IMG/VR virus record: IMGVR_UViG_3300043436_004480
Span: 1-64,000 of that record
From: a virus
Length of the DNA stretch: 64,000 nt
Strand: one strand, 5' to 3'
The notes beneath the pieces are model-generated. The model did no database searches, had not been told where the DNA came from, and saw only the letters and a list, made by a program, of their open reading frames with translations. This document shows, piece by piece, positions 56,043 through 64,000 of this stretch. A program made the position numbers and the translations under genes. Numbering within the stretch: position 1 is the stretch's first letter; the number at the start of each line of letters is the position of its first letter.

Positions 56043-56720
56043 ATGTTACTAAGTCAAATAGTTTACGACATTCTGAACACAGTTTCAAAAGGAGTTCCAG
56101 CAGATGATACTCCATATAGTGAACGTCATTTGGTTTATTTGATAAATAATACCAGAGCATTACTTATTCGTTCCGAAACTGAAAAAGGAAAAGAAATTGC
56201 TGGAAATATAGTTCAGAATTTAAAAGGCGTAAAAGTAACAAGAGAAAAATCATCTTTAACAGAATGTTGCAGTCCAAACCAATGTTTGTATGTAACAGAA
56301 AAAGAACTTCCTGTACCAATATCGACAAACAGCAAAACTTTGTTTACTTATGTTGGTAATGATAAAGGAAAATCTTTTCAGGCAACATCATATCAAAATA
56401 TAAACTACGACAGATCTTCTTCTATAACTAAAAATATGACAAGGTATTTTTATTTAGAGAAAAGAATTTATATAGTTGCTCCTAGAAATGAGTCTGGTTT
56501 AGAATACATAAACATTCATGGAGTTTTTGAAGATCCTCATTTAGCAAACACATTTGCAACTTGTGAATGTGAAAACGGAGTTTGCGATTCATCAATCGAA
56601 TTTGAATATCCAATAAAGTCAGATATGCTTTTAAATTTAAAGGATATGATAGTTAAGAGAGATGTTGCTTATATGAACTCGTTTGTTAATGACAGTTTGA
56701 ATAACACATCACCATCTTAA
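56043..56720 (+). CDS. Tail ring protein
   Basis: IVYDIL..DD..SER..RALLI; GVFEDP..EYPI. Confidence 0.7.
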   Translation: MLLSQIVYDILNTVSKGVPADDTPYSERHLVYLINNTRALLIRSETEKGKEIAGNIVQNLKGVKVTREKSSLTECCSPNQCLYVTEKELPVPISTNSKTLFTYVGNDKGKSFQATSYQNINYDRSSSITKNMTRYFYLEKRIYIVAPRNESGLEYINIHGVFEDPHLANTFATCECENGVCDSSIEFEYPIKSDMLLNLKDMIVKRDVAYMNSFVNDSLNNTSPS

Positions 56721-56721
56721 T

Positions 56722-57177
56722 ATGACAAACGCATACGATATTTCTTACTTTGTTTCATTTGATGAAACAATGAGCAAAGAAAAAGAAGTTCCTACTTTAA
56801 AATCATTATTTTTAAAAGCTGGAATAAAATACTCTTTGGCAAAAGAAATACTTACTGAATATTTTAAACTTGTTCCGCAGGCACTTGTAAATAACGGAGA
56901 ATATTCATTTCCGGGATTAGGCAAAGTATCAATACGAAGATACAAAGGCAAGAGAACAAAAATGTTAGATTATAAGCATTATAAACTAACCGGAGAAATT
57001 CAGCATATTTATGATACTGAACTAGATAGAAACTATTTCAGATGTTTGTGGACAAGACCTTTTAATGCAGCTAGTCATAATTATAGATTATCAATATCTA
57101 TAAGGTGTTTCAGAGCAATGAAAAAAACAATAGAAGATAACAATCTTCAAAACAATTATCCTTTGCAGAAATCATGA
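56722..57177 (+). CDS. IHF/HU-like protein of the crAss tail module
   Basis: YSFPGLGKVSIRR; position before the tail tubular gene. Confidence 0.6.
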   Translation: MTNAYDISYFVSFDETMSKEKEVPTLKSLFLKAGIKYSLAKEILTEYFKLVPQALVNNGEYSFPGLGKVSIRRYKGKRTKMLDYKHYKLTGEIQHIYDTELDRNYFRCLWTRPFNAASHNYRLSISIRCFRAMKKTIEDNNLQNNYPLQKS

Positions 57178-58052
57178 ACATAACTTTTATAGATTACAGA
57201 GAAGCAATTTCTAAAGTTATTCGTGACTTAGCAATAAGGAATAACGAAATTCCAGATCTAGATTTCATAGAATGGATTGCAGAATGTCTTAAAGATATTG
57301 GCTCTTATTATCAATTAGTAAGAACTAAAAAATTATTAACTGTAAATGATTACAGAGCATCTTTGCCATTAGAAGCGCATAGTGTAAATTCTATAAATGC
57401 ATTTTGTGAATATGCATCGGCAAAAGCAATAATGTCAAATGCAGGAAGTTATCAAATAACTTACTACAATACGAAGATTGAAGAAATAGACGAACTTCTA
57501 ACTACTGAAACGAATCCTGATATAATTGCAGATTTGGTAACGAAGAAAGAAATTTATAAAGCTACAAGGGACGAAAGAATTGCAGCAATTAACTATGTGC
57601 AACCAGAATATCCGGCAGATATGCTAGATCTCTTTTCTTTTTCTGGGACAATGCTCAATAGTGCAAAGTATATAGTTCAAGGTAGTTATATTGATGTTTC
57701 TTTTAGACATGGTTTTGTAGAAATAGAATATATGGCATTTCCAACAGATGATTGCGGAATACCAATGATTCCAAATACACAAAACACAAAAACAGCAATA
57801 TTCTGGAAAATTGTAATGCAGTTGTGCATTCAAGGAAGTTCGTTTATTAAAAACGATGCTTTAAAAAATCTTGATTATGTTACAAAACAATATCAAAGAT
57901 TTACAGATATGGCAAGAGCAGAAATAAATACTCCTGATAGAGAAACTATGATGAGGCTTGCAAATAGCTATCACAAGATGATTCCTACAAACAATGATTT
58001 CAGAACTAAGTTTGTAAATCTAGGAAAAGAAAGAGTTTTAAACTTACGATAA
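57174..58052 (+). CDS. Tail tubular (ring) protein
   Basis: IEWIAECL..IG; SFRHG.VEIEY.AFPTDD.G.PMIP. Confidence 0.78.
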   Translation: MNITFIDYREAISKVIRDLAIRNNEIPDLDFIEWIAECLKDIGSYYQLVRTKKLLTVNDYRASLPLEAHSVNSINAFCEYASAKAIMSNAGSYQITYYNTKIEEIDELLTTETNPDIIADLVTKKEIYKATRDERIAAINYVQPEYPADMLDLFSFSGTMLNSAKYIVQGSYIDVSFRHGFVEIEYMAFPTDDCGIPMIPNTQNTKTAIFWKIVMQLCIQGSSFIKNDALKNLDYVTKQYQRFTDMARAEINTPDRETMMRLANSYHKMIPTNNDFRTKFVNLGKERVLNLR

Positions 58053-58053
58053 A

Positions 58054-61000
58054 ATGAATAGCTTCGAAAGAGGATTACATACTGAATTTGATCCAGCATT
58101 CCAACCAAAAGGATCTTATAGAGATTTAACAAATGCAGTTAGAGATTTATCAGGAACTCTTTATTCGGAAAATGGAACTATTGAAATAATGAATATACCT
58201 ACTGGTCTTAAACTGGTAGGTAAAATTCTTATTAACCAAACTCTAGTTTTGTTTCTTTCTAATTTGCAGTCAGGTTCTGAAAATGTATCTGAGATAGGAA
58301 TTTATGAAAACGAGCAGTATGTACCTTACGTTTCAAATAGAATTAATTCTGGTGCAAAACTTCAATTGACAGAGGATGTATTCAGATTTAACGAATTTAA
58401 TTTAGTTCCGGGAACAGGAAGAACAAATTACAATGGTGACTTGTTGATTTATTTTTCTGATGGAAACGGAGAAGCAAGAACAATAAATTTAACAAAAGTA
58501 GAAAGTGAAAACCCTTTAACTTTTGCAGAAGACAGTAAGCTTTTTATATCAAGATTAATTCCTGTAATAAATTATGTTTCTGTAACTGATGATGGAGAAT
58601 GCTTATCCGGAGTTTATCAATTTGCAGCTAGGTATGTTACAAATTCAGGAAATACTTCTCCGTTCGGATTTGTAACTAATCCTATTTCTATTGTAGATGA
58701 ATCAGAAAATTCAAATTTTGGTCAATACGATGGATGTTTACCGCAAACACAAACTGCAAAATCTATAAACATAGAAGTAAGTCACTTAGACACAGATTAC
58801 CCATTTATAGAAATAGCAATGCAGACTTATGTAGGTTTGCAGAATACTCCTACATATAAAATTATTGCTCGTTTGCCAAATAACAAATCGGTAATAAGTT
58901 ACAAATTCACAGGAAAAGAAGACAGAGGCTCAATAACAAAAGATGAATTTATACAAGAAGGTGCATCTTATTCATTTGTTTCTTTTTATCAACAGAAAAA
59001 TAATCATTTGTTAATTGCTGGACTTGCTGCAAAAAACGAAGACTTTGGATTTGAAGAACTTGCAAATAACATTGAGATAAAACTACAAGCTAGATTTACT
59101 TCTCCAAGTCAAAACAGAGTATTGTTTAATACTAGTGAATCTGACGATGGAAGATTTCCTACTTATGTAGATAGTGATTATATAAATTATGGAAATACGC
59201 TAATTACAGGAAGAGGAAATATTATAGATTTAAAATCTCAGTCATTAGGAGGAGCAAACACTTACAAATCTCCAGTTTTTGCAGCAGATAATAAATGTTA
59301 TATGCCAGACGAAGTCTATTCGTTTGCATTCGTTCCTATTTTTAAAGATGGAACTTATGGATTTGCATATCCGATATTAGCAAAATCAACACTTCCAAAA
59401 ACAGAACAAGATTTTGCTAATCTTTTAGGAGAAGACGACATTCTTGAAACTTTCAACCCTTTTACAGGAATCGGAACTTTGTTAAGATATGATTCAGAGG
59501 AAACTTATGCAGATGGAAATGAATCTAAAATCATAAGACATTTTAGATTTCCTCCGAAAAGATATTATGCAAAATTTGTAGAGGATGTTTATAAAGGAGA
59601 AGATGTTCCTAATCCAGCAAGACATAATGTTGTATATGGAATACATGTTTCAAATATAAACTTTACAGAAGCACAGAAAAAAGTATTACAAGGTTACGTG
59701 ATTGTTCGTCAAAAACGAGATACGTTTCAAAACAAATCTGTATTATCACAAGGTTTTGCAAAAAATTTCAGTAAAAACAATGCAGGAAACGTAACTGTTT
59801 GGGACATTCCTGTATTGGGAACTACGCAGTTGGAAAATTATCCTCCAGACGGAGGAACTGATTCAGACAGATTAGTCGGAATAAATACTTCTACTGGAGA
59901 ACTTCTTTCTGCAACAATAGGTGATTATTGCAAATTTTATAGTCCTGATATTTTTCACAATGTTGAAACTGGACAGTTTGCAAAACAAATGTGTTATGGA
60001 GGAGATTTGAAAATATCTTTAGGGTATCTTGCACAAGGAGGAGGAACAAGTGTTCAACAAGATTTGTTTGTTGCTTCGTTAGAAAACACTAATTATACAA
60101 ATGATAGTGCATACGATCAAGGTTTTTCAGACTTTATAGAAGATAGGGCAAATTTAGGAACTGAACTAGAAGAAAGAACCATCATTGCAAACTTATTAAA
60201 AAACGTAAGCGCAGACAATTATTATGATACAAATTCTTTCTGGAGACCATCAGGACTAGATTATCAATCATTTGGTGATCAATCAAAAACATGTCTGTAT
60301 AGATTAAACGGAAGATTAAAAAAGACTTATAATCGTCAAACTTTAGCTGGAGCAGATTTCAATTTTGTTAAATTACGCAGAGATAGTTCAAACAACGTAA
60401 GCGATTTCGATGGAAACAAGACCAAAAAAGTAAAACTTTCAACTCATTATATAAAAGCCAATAATACTCGTCAATACGGAAAGTTAGAAGAGGCTGAATA
60501 TATGCAGGTTGGAGTTTCTTTTGATTTGAATGCAACTTCTATTTCTTTAATGGGCGGAGATTGTTATCTTTCTTATTATTGGATGAATTACAAAGAACTT
60601 TTATCTTTTGAGGGATTTAATCGCTCAATATTTACCATTGTTCAGTTACCTATTCTCTCAGAACAAAATTACAATTTAAGGCATTATGTAGAGGCTGGTT
60701 CAGGACAGACTGCACAGGACAGCGAAGGAACGCAGCCATACTACCCTAAAGAAACTCGCATTTTTAATGGTAGTACCGGACAAAGAATTGGATTGGCAAA
60801 TTTAGATATAAAAAATGGAGTTTCGTCTGGATATAATAAACAATACGGATTTCAGAATATAACTAAATCCTTTTTTGCAAAACCTTTTCTATATGAAAAA
60901 ATAATTGACTTTAGTAATCGAGTTGCTTATTCTGATCAGTCAATAGAAGGAGAACAACTAGATGCATTCAGAATATTCAAACAGAATAATTATCAAGATG

Positions 61001-62046
61001 TAACCAGACAGTTTGGAAAGATTTCTGATTTATTTGTATTTAATGATGTACTTTATGCACATTGTGAAAATGCTTTATTTAGATTGTCTTTTTTAGAACA
61101 AACTGCATTAGTAACAACATCTGGAGAAGTAGAAGTTGGAGACGGTAAAAAGTTGATGAATTCTCCTAGAATTGTATATGATATAAACGGAGGATATGCA
61201 GGAACTACAACTCGTTGGGCAAATGTAAATACTCCGTTCGGAAGATTCTTTATAGATACAAATCAGAAAAAAGTATTTTTGCTTTCCGATTCAATCAGAG
61301 AGATTTCTGATCTGGGTATGAAAAGATTGTTTTTTGAAAATCTAAAGCATAAAGAAAATTCATATTATAACAGATATATAGGCACTTATGATTATCAGAA
61401 CGATAGGTATTTGTTGTTTGATACAGATCCTAGTTTTAGCTTTGCTTATTCATACCATCCGAAATCAGAAAGTTGGTTATCAAGACATACTTGGAAGCCA
61501 CAGGATTTGTTTTACTTCGGAGCCAAACTCTTTTCTTTTTCTGGGGATAAGATGTATGCTCATACAGATAATAAGAATACACTTATTATTTATGGAAATA
61601 ACGAAGAGTTTTCAATAACCGTAGTTGAAAACGAGCAAATAGTTCAAACGAAAAGATACGATAATGTTCGTATGTATTGTGAATTTTTCAGAAATACAAA
61701 TAGTTCTGGAATAGAAACTATTATTGATCCGAAATCAGTATTACCAATACATTTGGAAGAAAAAGGGTTATCATACAAAAACTTCTTTGATGAAGTTACA
61801 ATATCAAATGATAATCATCTTGTAAACAAACCTTTTAGTTTTGATATAAAAGATACAGAATCTGTACTTGTAAGAAGACTAAATTCTGAATATAGGTTTG
61901 CTATACCAAGAAATACAAATCCTGAAAAAGTAAAGCAACGTATTACAGGAAAGTTTGCTATATTAAGCATCAGAAAAAACCAATCTGCTGGCGACTCTAT
62001 AAAACTAAACTGGATAGATATTACTTCAACACCTTACGAGAGATAA
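58054..62046 (+). CDS. Tail stabilisation (muzzle) protein
   Basis: NSFERGLHT..P..QPKGSYR..NA; ISDLGM; WLSRHTWKP; 1330 aa. Confidence 0.82.
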   Translation: MNSFERGLHTEFDPAFQPKGSYRDLTNAVRDLSGTLYSENGTIEIMNIPTGLKLVGKILINQTLVLFLSNLQSGSENVSEIGIYENEQYVPYVSNRINSGAKLQLTEDVFRFNEFNLVPGTGRTNYNGDLLIYFSDGNGEARTINLTKVESENPLTFAEDSKLFISRLIPVINYVSVTDDGECLSGVYQFAARYVTNSGNTSPFGFVTNPISIVDESENSNFGQYDGCLPQTQTAKSINIEVSHLDTDYPFIEIAMQTYVGLQNTPTYKIIARLPNNKSVISYKFTGKEDRGSITKDEFIQEGASYSFVSFYQQKNNHLLIAGLAAKNEDFGFEELANNIEIKLQARFTSPSQNRVLFNTSESDDGRFPTYVDSDYINYGNTLITGRGNIIDLKSQSLGGANTYKSPVFAADNKCYMPDEVYSFAFVPIFKDGTYGFAYPILAKSTLPKTEQDFANLLGEDDILETFNPFTGIGTLLRYDSEETYADGNESKIIRHFRFPPKRYYAKFVEDVYKGEDVPNPARHNVVYGIHVSNINFTEAQKKVLQGYVIVRQKRDTFQNKSVLSQGFAKNFSKNNAGNVTVWDIPVLGTTQLENYPPDGGTDSDRLVGINTSTGELLSATIGDYCKFYSPDIFHNVETGQFAKQMCYGGDLKISLGYLAQGGGTSVQQDLFVASLENTNYTNDSAYDQGFSDFIEDRANLGTELEERTIIANLLKNVSADNYYDTNSFWRPSGLDYQSFGDQSKTCLYRLNGRLKKTYNRQTLAGADFNFVKLRRDSSNNVSDFDGNKTKKVKLSTHYIKANNTRQYGKLEEAEYMQVGVSFDLNATSISLMGGDCYLSYYWMNYKELLSFEGFNRSIFTIVQLPILSEQNYNLRHYVEAGSGQTAQDSEGTQPYYPKETRIFNGSTGQRIGLANLDIKNGVSSGYNKQYGFQNITKSFFAKPFLYEKIIDFSNRVAYSDQSIEGEQLDAFRIFKQNNYQDVTRQFGKISDLFVFNDVLYAHCENALFRLSFLEQTALVTTSGEVEVGDGKKLMNSPRIVYDINGGYAGTTTRWANVNTPFGRFFIDTNQKKVFLLSDSIREISDLGMKRLFFENLKHKENSYYNRYIGTYDYQNDRYLLFDTDPSFSFAYSYHPKSESWLSRHTWKPQDLFYFGAKLFSFSGDKMYAHTDNKNTLIIYGNNEEFSITVVENEQIVQTKRYDNVRMYCEFFRNTNSSGIETIIDPKSVLPIHLEEKGLSYKNFFDEVTISNDNHLVNKPFSFDIKDTESVLVRRLNSEYRFAIPRNTNPEKVKQRITGKFAILSIRKNQSAGDSIKLNWIDITSTPYER

Positions 62047-64000
62047 TGAAACATAAAAGTTGCAGGTGCAAAAACAAGAAAGGCGTTAAAAAGTACCAAA
62101 TGGGTACTCAGAATATTAGCGCAGGAAGTAATACATTTCTAGATTCTCCAGATTACAGAGAACTGGATGAAAAACTAGACAGAAAAGCAAATAGAGATGC
62201 AGCAGTAAGAAGTGCTGCTGTTATGGCAGGAGACGCAGCACTTCCGGGTTTAGGAACTGCAATTGGAATCGTAGATTCTTTTACCGACAGAACCAAAGAT
62301 GAACATGGAATATATAAAAGTAAAGGAGCAGAAGTATTGGACAGAATAAGTCCTATACATAAAACAAAAGCTTTGTTTTCTGGTGACAGAGATGAAATAT
62401 TAGATGCTGCTACTTTTGGTATTGCAGGAAAATCATCATCTGATAAAGCAAAAGAACTAAAGAAAAAAGCAGAAGTTGAACTGAATCAAAGAGTTCAAAA
62501 CAGAAAATATGCAGGAACTGATTCAACTTCTTTTCAATCTTCAAAACAATTCAGAAGAGGAACTTCTGGAGTTTCTAAATATACAAACGGATTAAAGAAA
62601 GCAAAGTCCATAGTTTCAGAAAATGATAAAACATATGATGAAACAAAAGCACCAAAAGATGGTGATTTGTTGTTGCCAGATGTAAATAGACCTAGTTATA
62701 AAAACAAAGAAGGTCAGATTGTATCTGAAAATAAAATAACAGTAGGCTTTGACGATGGTGAATATGTAATACCGACAGTAGTTAATGGTAAACAACTATC
62801 AGAAGAAGAAGCAGTTGCAGAATTTAAACGTACCGGTTTACATATGGGAAAATTCAATAGTTCAAAAGATGCAGATATATCTGCACAAAAAAGAACTATG
62901 AAATACAATGTTCTTGCAGATCCTGTTCGTAATCAGTCAGAACAGATCTATAAAAAAGGAACTTCTGGATTAAATAAAAACGGAGTAAAAAATACTCTTT
63001 GGAATAATATCAGAGCAAATAGAGGTTCTGGAAGAAAACCAACTGCTCAGATGTTAGAACAGGAAAAAAAGATCAAAGCTTCTGATAAATATGAAAAAGG
63101 AGGAGAAGTTTGGACAAGAAAAGAGGGGCAGGATCCTGACGGAGGACTTAATGCAAAAGGTAGAGCCGCATATAACAAAAAACACAATGCTAATTTAAAA
63201 CCTCCACAACCAGAAGGAGGAAGCAGAAGAGATAGTTTTTGTGCAAGAATGAAAGGAATGAAAAGAAAGCTCACGTCTGCAAAAACAGCAAATGATCCTA
63301 ACAGTAGAATAAACAAATCATTACGTGCTTGGAAATGTAAAACTGGTTGTGTGGTAACAAACTCGGAAAATATGAAAACTAAAAAGTATCCCGGTGGAGT
63401 AGCAGGATTAACAGGATTAAAAGGAATGGATTTATCTTTTATGAAAGATATGAATGTTCCTAATAGTACAACTACAAATTCTGCATCTGCACAATCTATG
63501 GGTTCTGGATTCGGTTCTGCATTTCAATCAGGAATGCAAAGTCCTTATGGTCAAGCTGCATTAGGATTAGTAAATACTTTTCTTGATAATCAAGAAGAAA
63601 AAAGAAAAAAGCGCAGAGACCAAGGTAAAATAAATAATTTTCCTACTACTTTTGAAAAAGGAGGACAAGTGAGAAGTGGTTATAAACGTCAAGGTAAATT
63701 TAAAAATAGAATTACTGGCGGAGAAGGTTTTAATGTAGATAATACAGGAAAAGCTGTAACAATTGGTAAAAAACTTTATAATAACCGCAGATCAGATGAA
63801 GAATTTGCAAAACTTCGTGTTGGTTACAGTTTAGATGGAATCAGAGAATTAGGTGCAGATGAACTTGCAGCAATTACTGATAAATCTAAACTTATTAGAG
63901 TTCGTGTAGGAGATGGAAAATATGGAGATAATAATTCTTTGTATAGAGATAATGTTCCACAACCAGTTTCTCCACCAAATAGAACTCCATTTACACCACC
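62046..64000 (+). CDS. Large modular virion cargo protein (partial, runs off the window)
   Basis: ATG overlaps the upstream TAA; no stop in the segments translated by hand and absence from the ORF track fits an open 3' end; repeated [YF]xxG[GT] motifs. Confidence 0.75.
   Translation, partial: MKHKSCRCKNKKGVKKYQMGTQNISAGSNTFLDSPDYRELDEKLDRKANRDAAVRSAAVMAGDAALPGLGTAIGIVDSFTDRTKDEHGIYKSKGAEVLDRISPIHKTKALFSGDRDEILDAATFGIAGKSSSDKAKELKKKAEVELNQRVQNRKYAGTDSTSFQSSKQFRRGTSGVSKYTNGLKKAKSIVSENDKTYDETKAPKDGDLLLPDVNRPSYKNKEGQIVSENKITVGFDDGEYVIPTVVNGKQLSEEEAVAEFKRTGLHMGKFNSSKDADISAQKRTMKYNVLADPVRNQSEQIYKKGTSGLNKNGVKNTLWNNIRANRGSGRKPTAQMLEQEKKIKASDKYEKGGEVWTRKEGQDPDGGLNAKGRAAYNKKHNANLKPPQPEGGSRRDSFCARMKGMKRKLTSAKTANDPNSRINKSLRAWKCKTGCVVTNSENMKTKKYPGGVAGLTGLKGMDLSFMKDMNVPNSTTTNSASAQSMGSGFGSAFQSGMQSPYGQAALGLVNTFLDNQEEKRKKRRDQGKINNFPTTFEKGGQVRSGYKRQGKFKNRITGGEGFNVDNTGKAVTIGKKLYNNRRSDEEFAKLRVGYSLDGIRELGADELAAITDKSKLIRVRVGDGKYGDNNSLYRDNVPQPVSPPNRTPFTP

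Noticed and set aside
1550-63316. Many 60-130 aa ORFs in the track that are antisense to or nested in larger genes
   Set aside because: They are shadow frames of real genes with atypical composition
1-64000. Stop-codon reassignment (TAG or TGA), known in some crAss-like phages
   Set aside because: Core genes are full length under the standard code, and TAG and TGA end genes at tight junctions; no suppressor tRNA was seen

Overview
A 64-kb AT-rich fragment of a crAss-like (Crassvirales-type) dsDNA phage genome, read in the standard genetic code. The host is probably a Bacteroidota species, judged from TTTG-N19/20-TAnnTTTG promoters and A-rich leaders without Shine-Dalgarno sequences. The minus-strand arm (1-42.6 kb) holds nucleotide metabolism genes (thyA, MazG-like, ung), a PD-(D/E)XK nuclease, a RusA-like resolvase, rIIA/rIIB, primase, SSB, AAA ATPase, DnaB, an SF2 helicase, PolB and many small accessory or early ORFs. 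The plus-strand arm (42.8-64 kb) is the crAss-type virion module: terminase, portal, major capsid, ring proteins, IHF-like proteins, tail tubular and stabilisation proteins, and a partial cargo protein. The most unusual part is the non-coding DNA of the probable early region (35.4-41.4 kb, minus strand). It contains a circularly permuted two-piece tmRNA (tag GKSVPMFSRVAVAA), three tRNA mimics that have acceptor, D and T arms but no anticodon arm, two covarying families of small pseudoknots (one before start codons, one after stop codons), and a triple-hairpin leader with a conserved 7-nt loop. All calls come from reading the sequence by eye; no database search or folding program was run.
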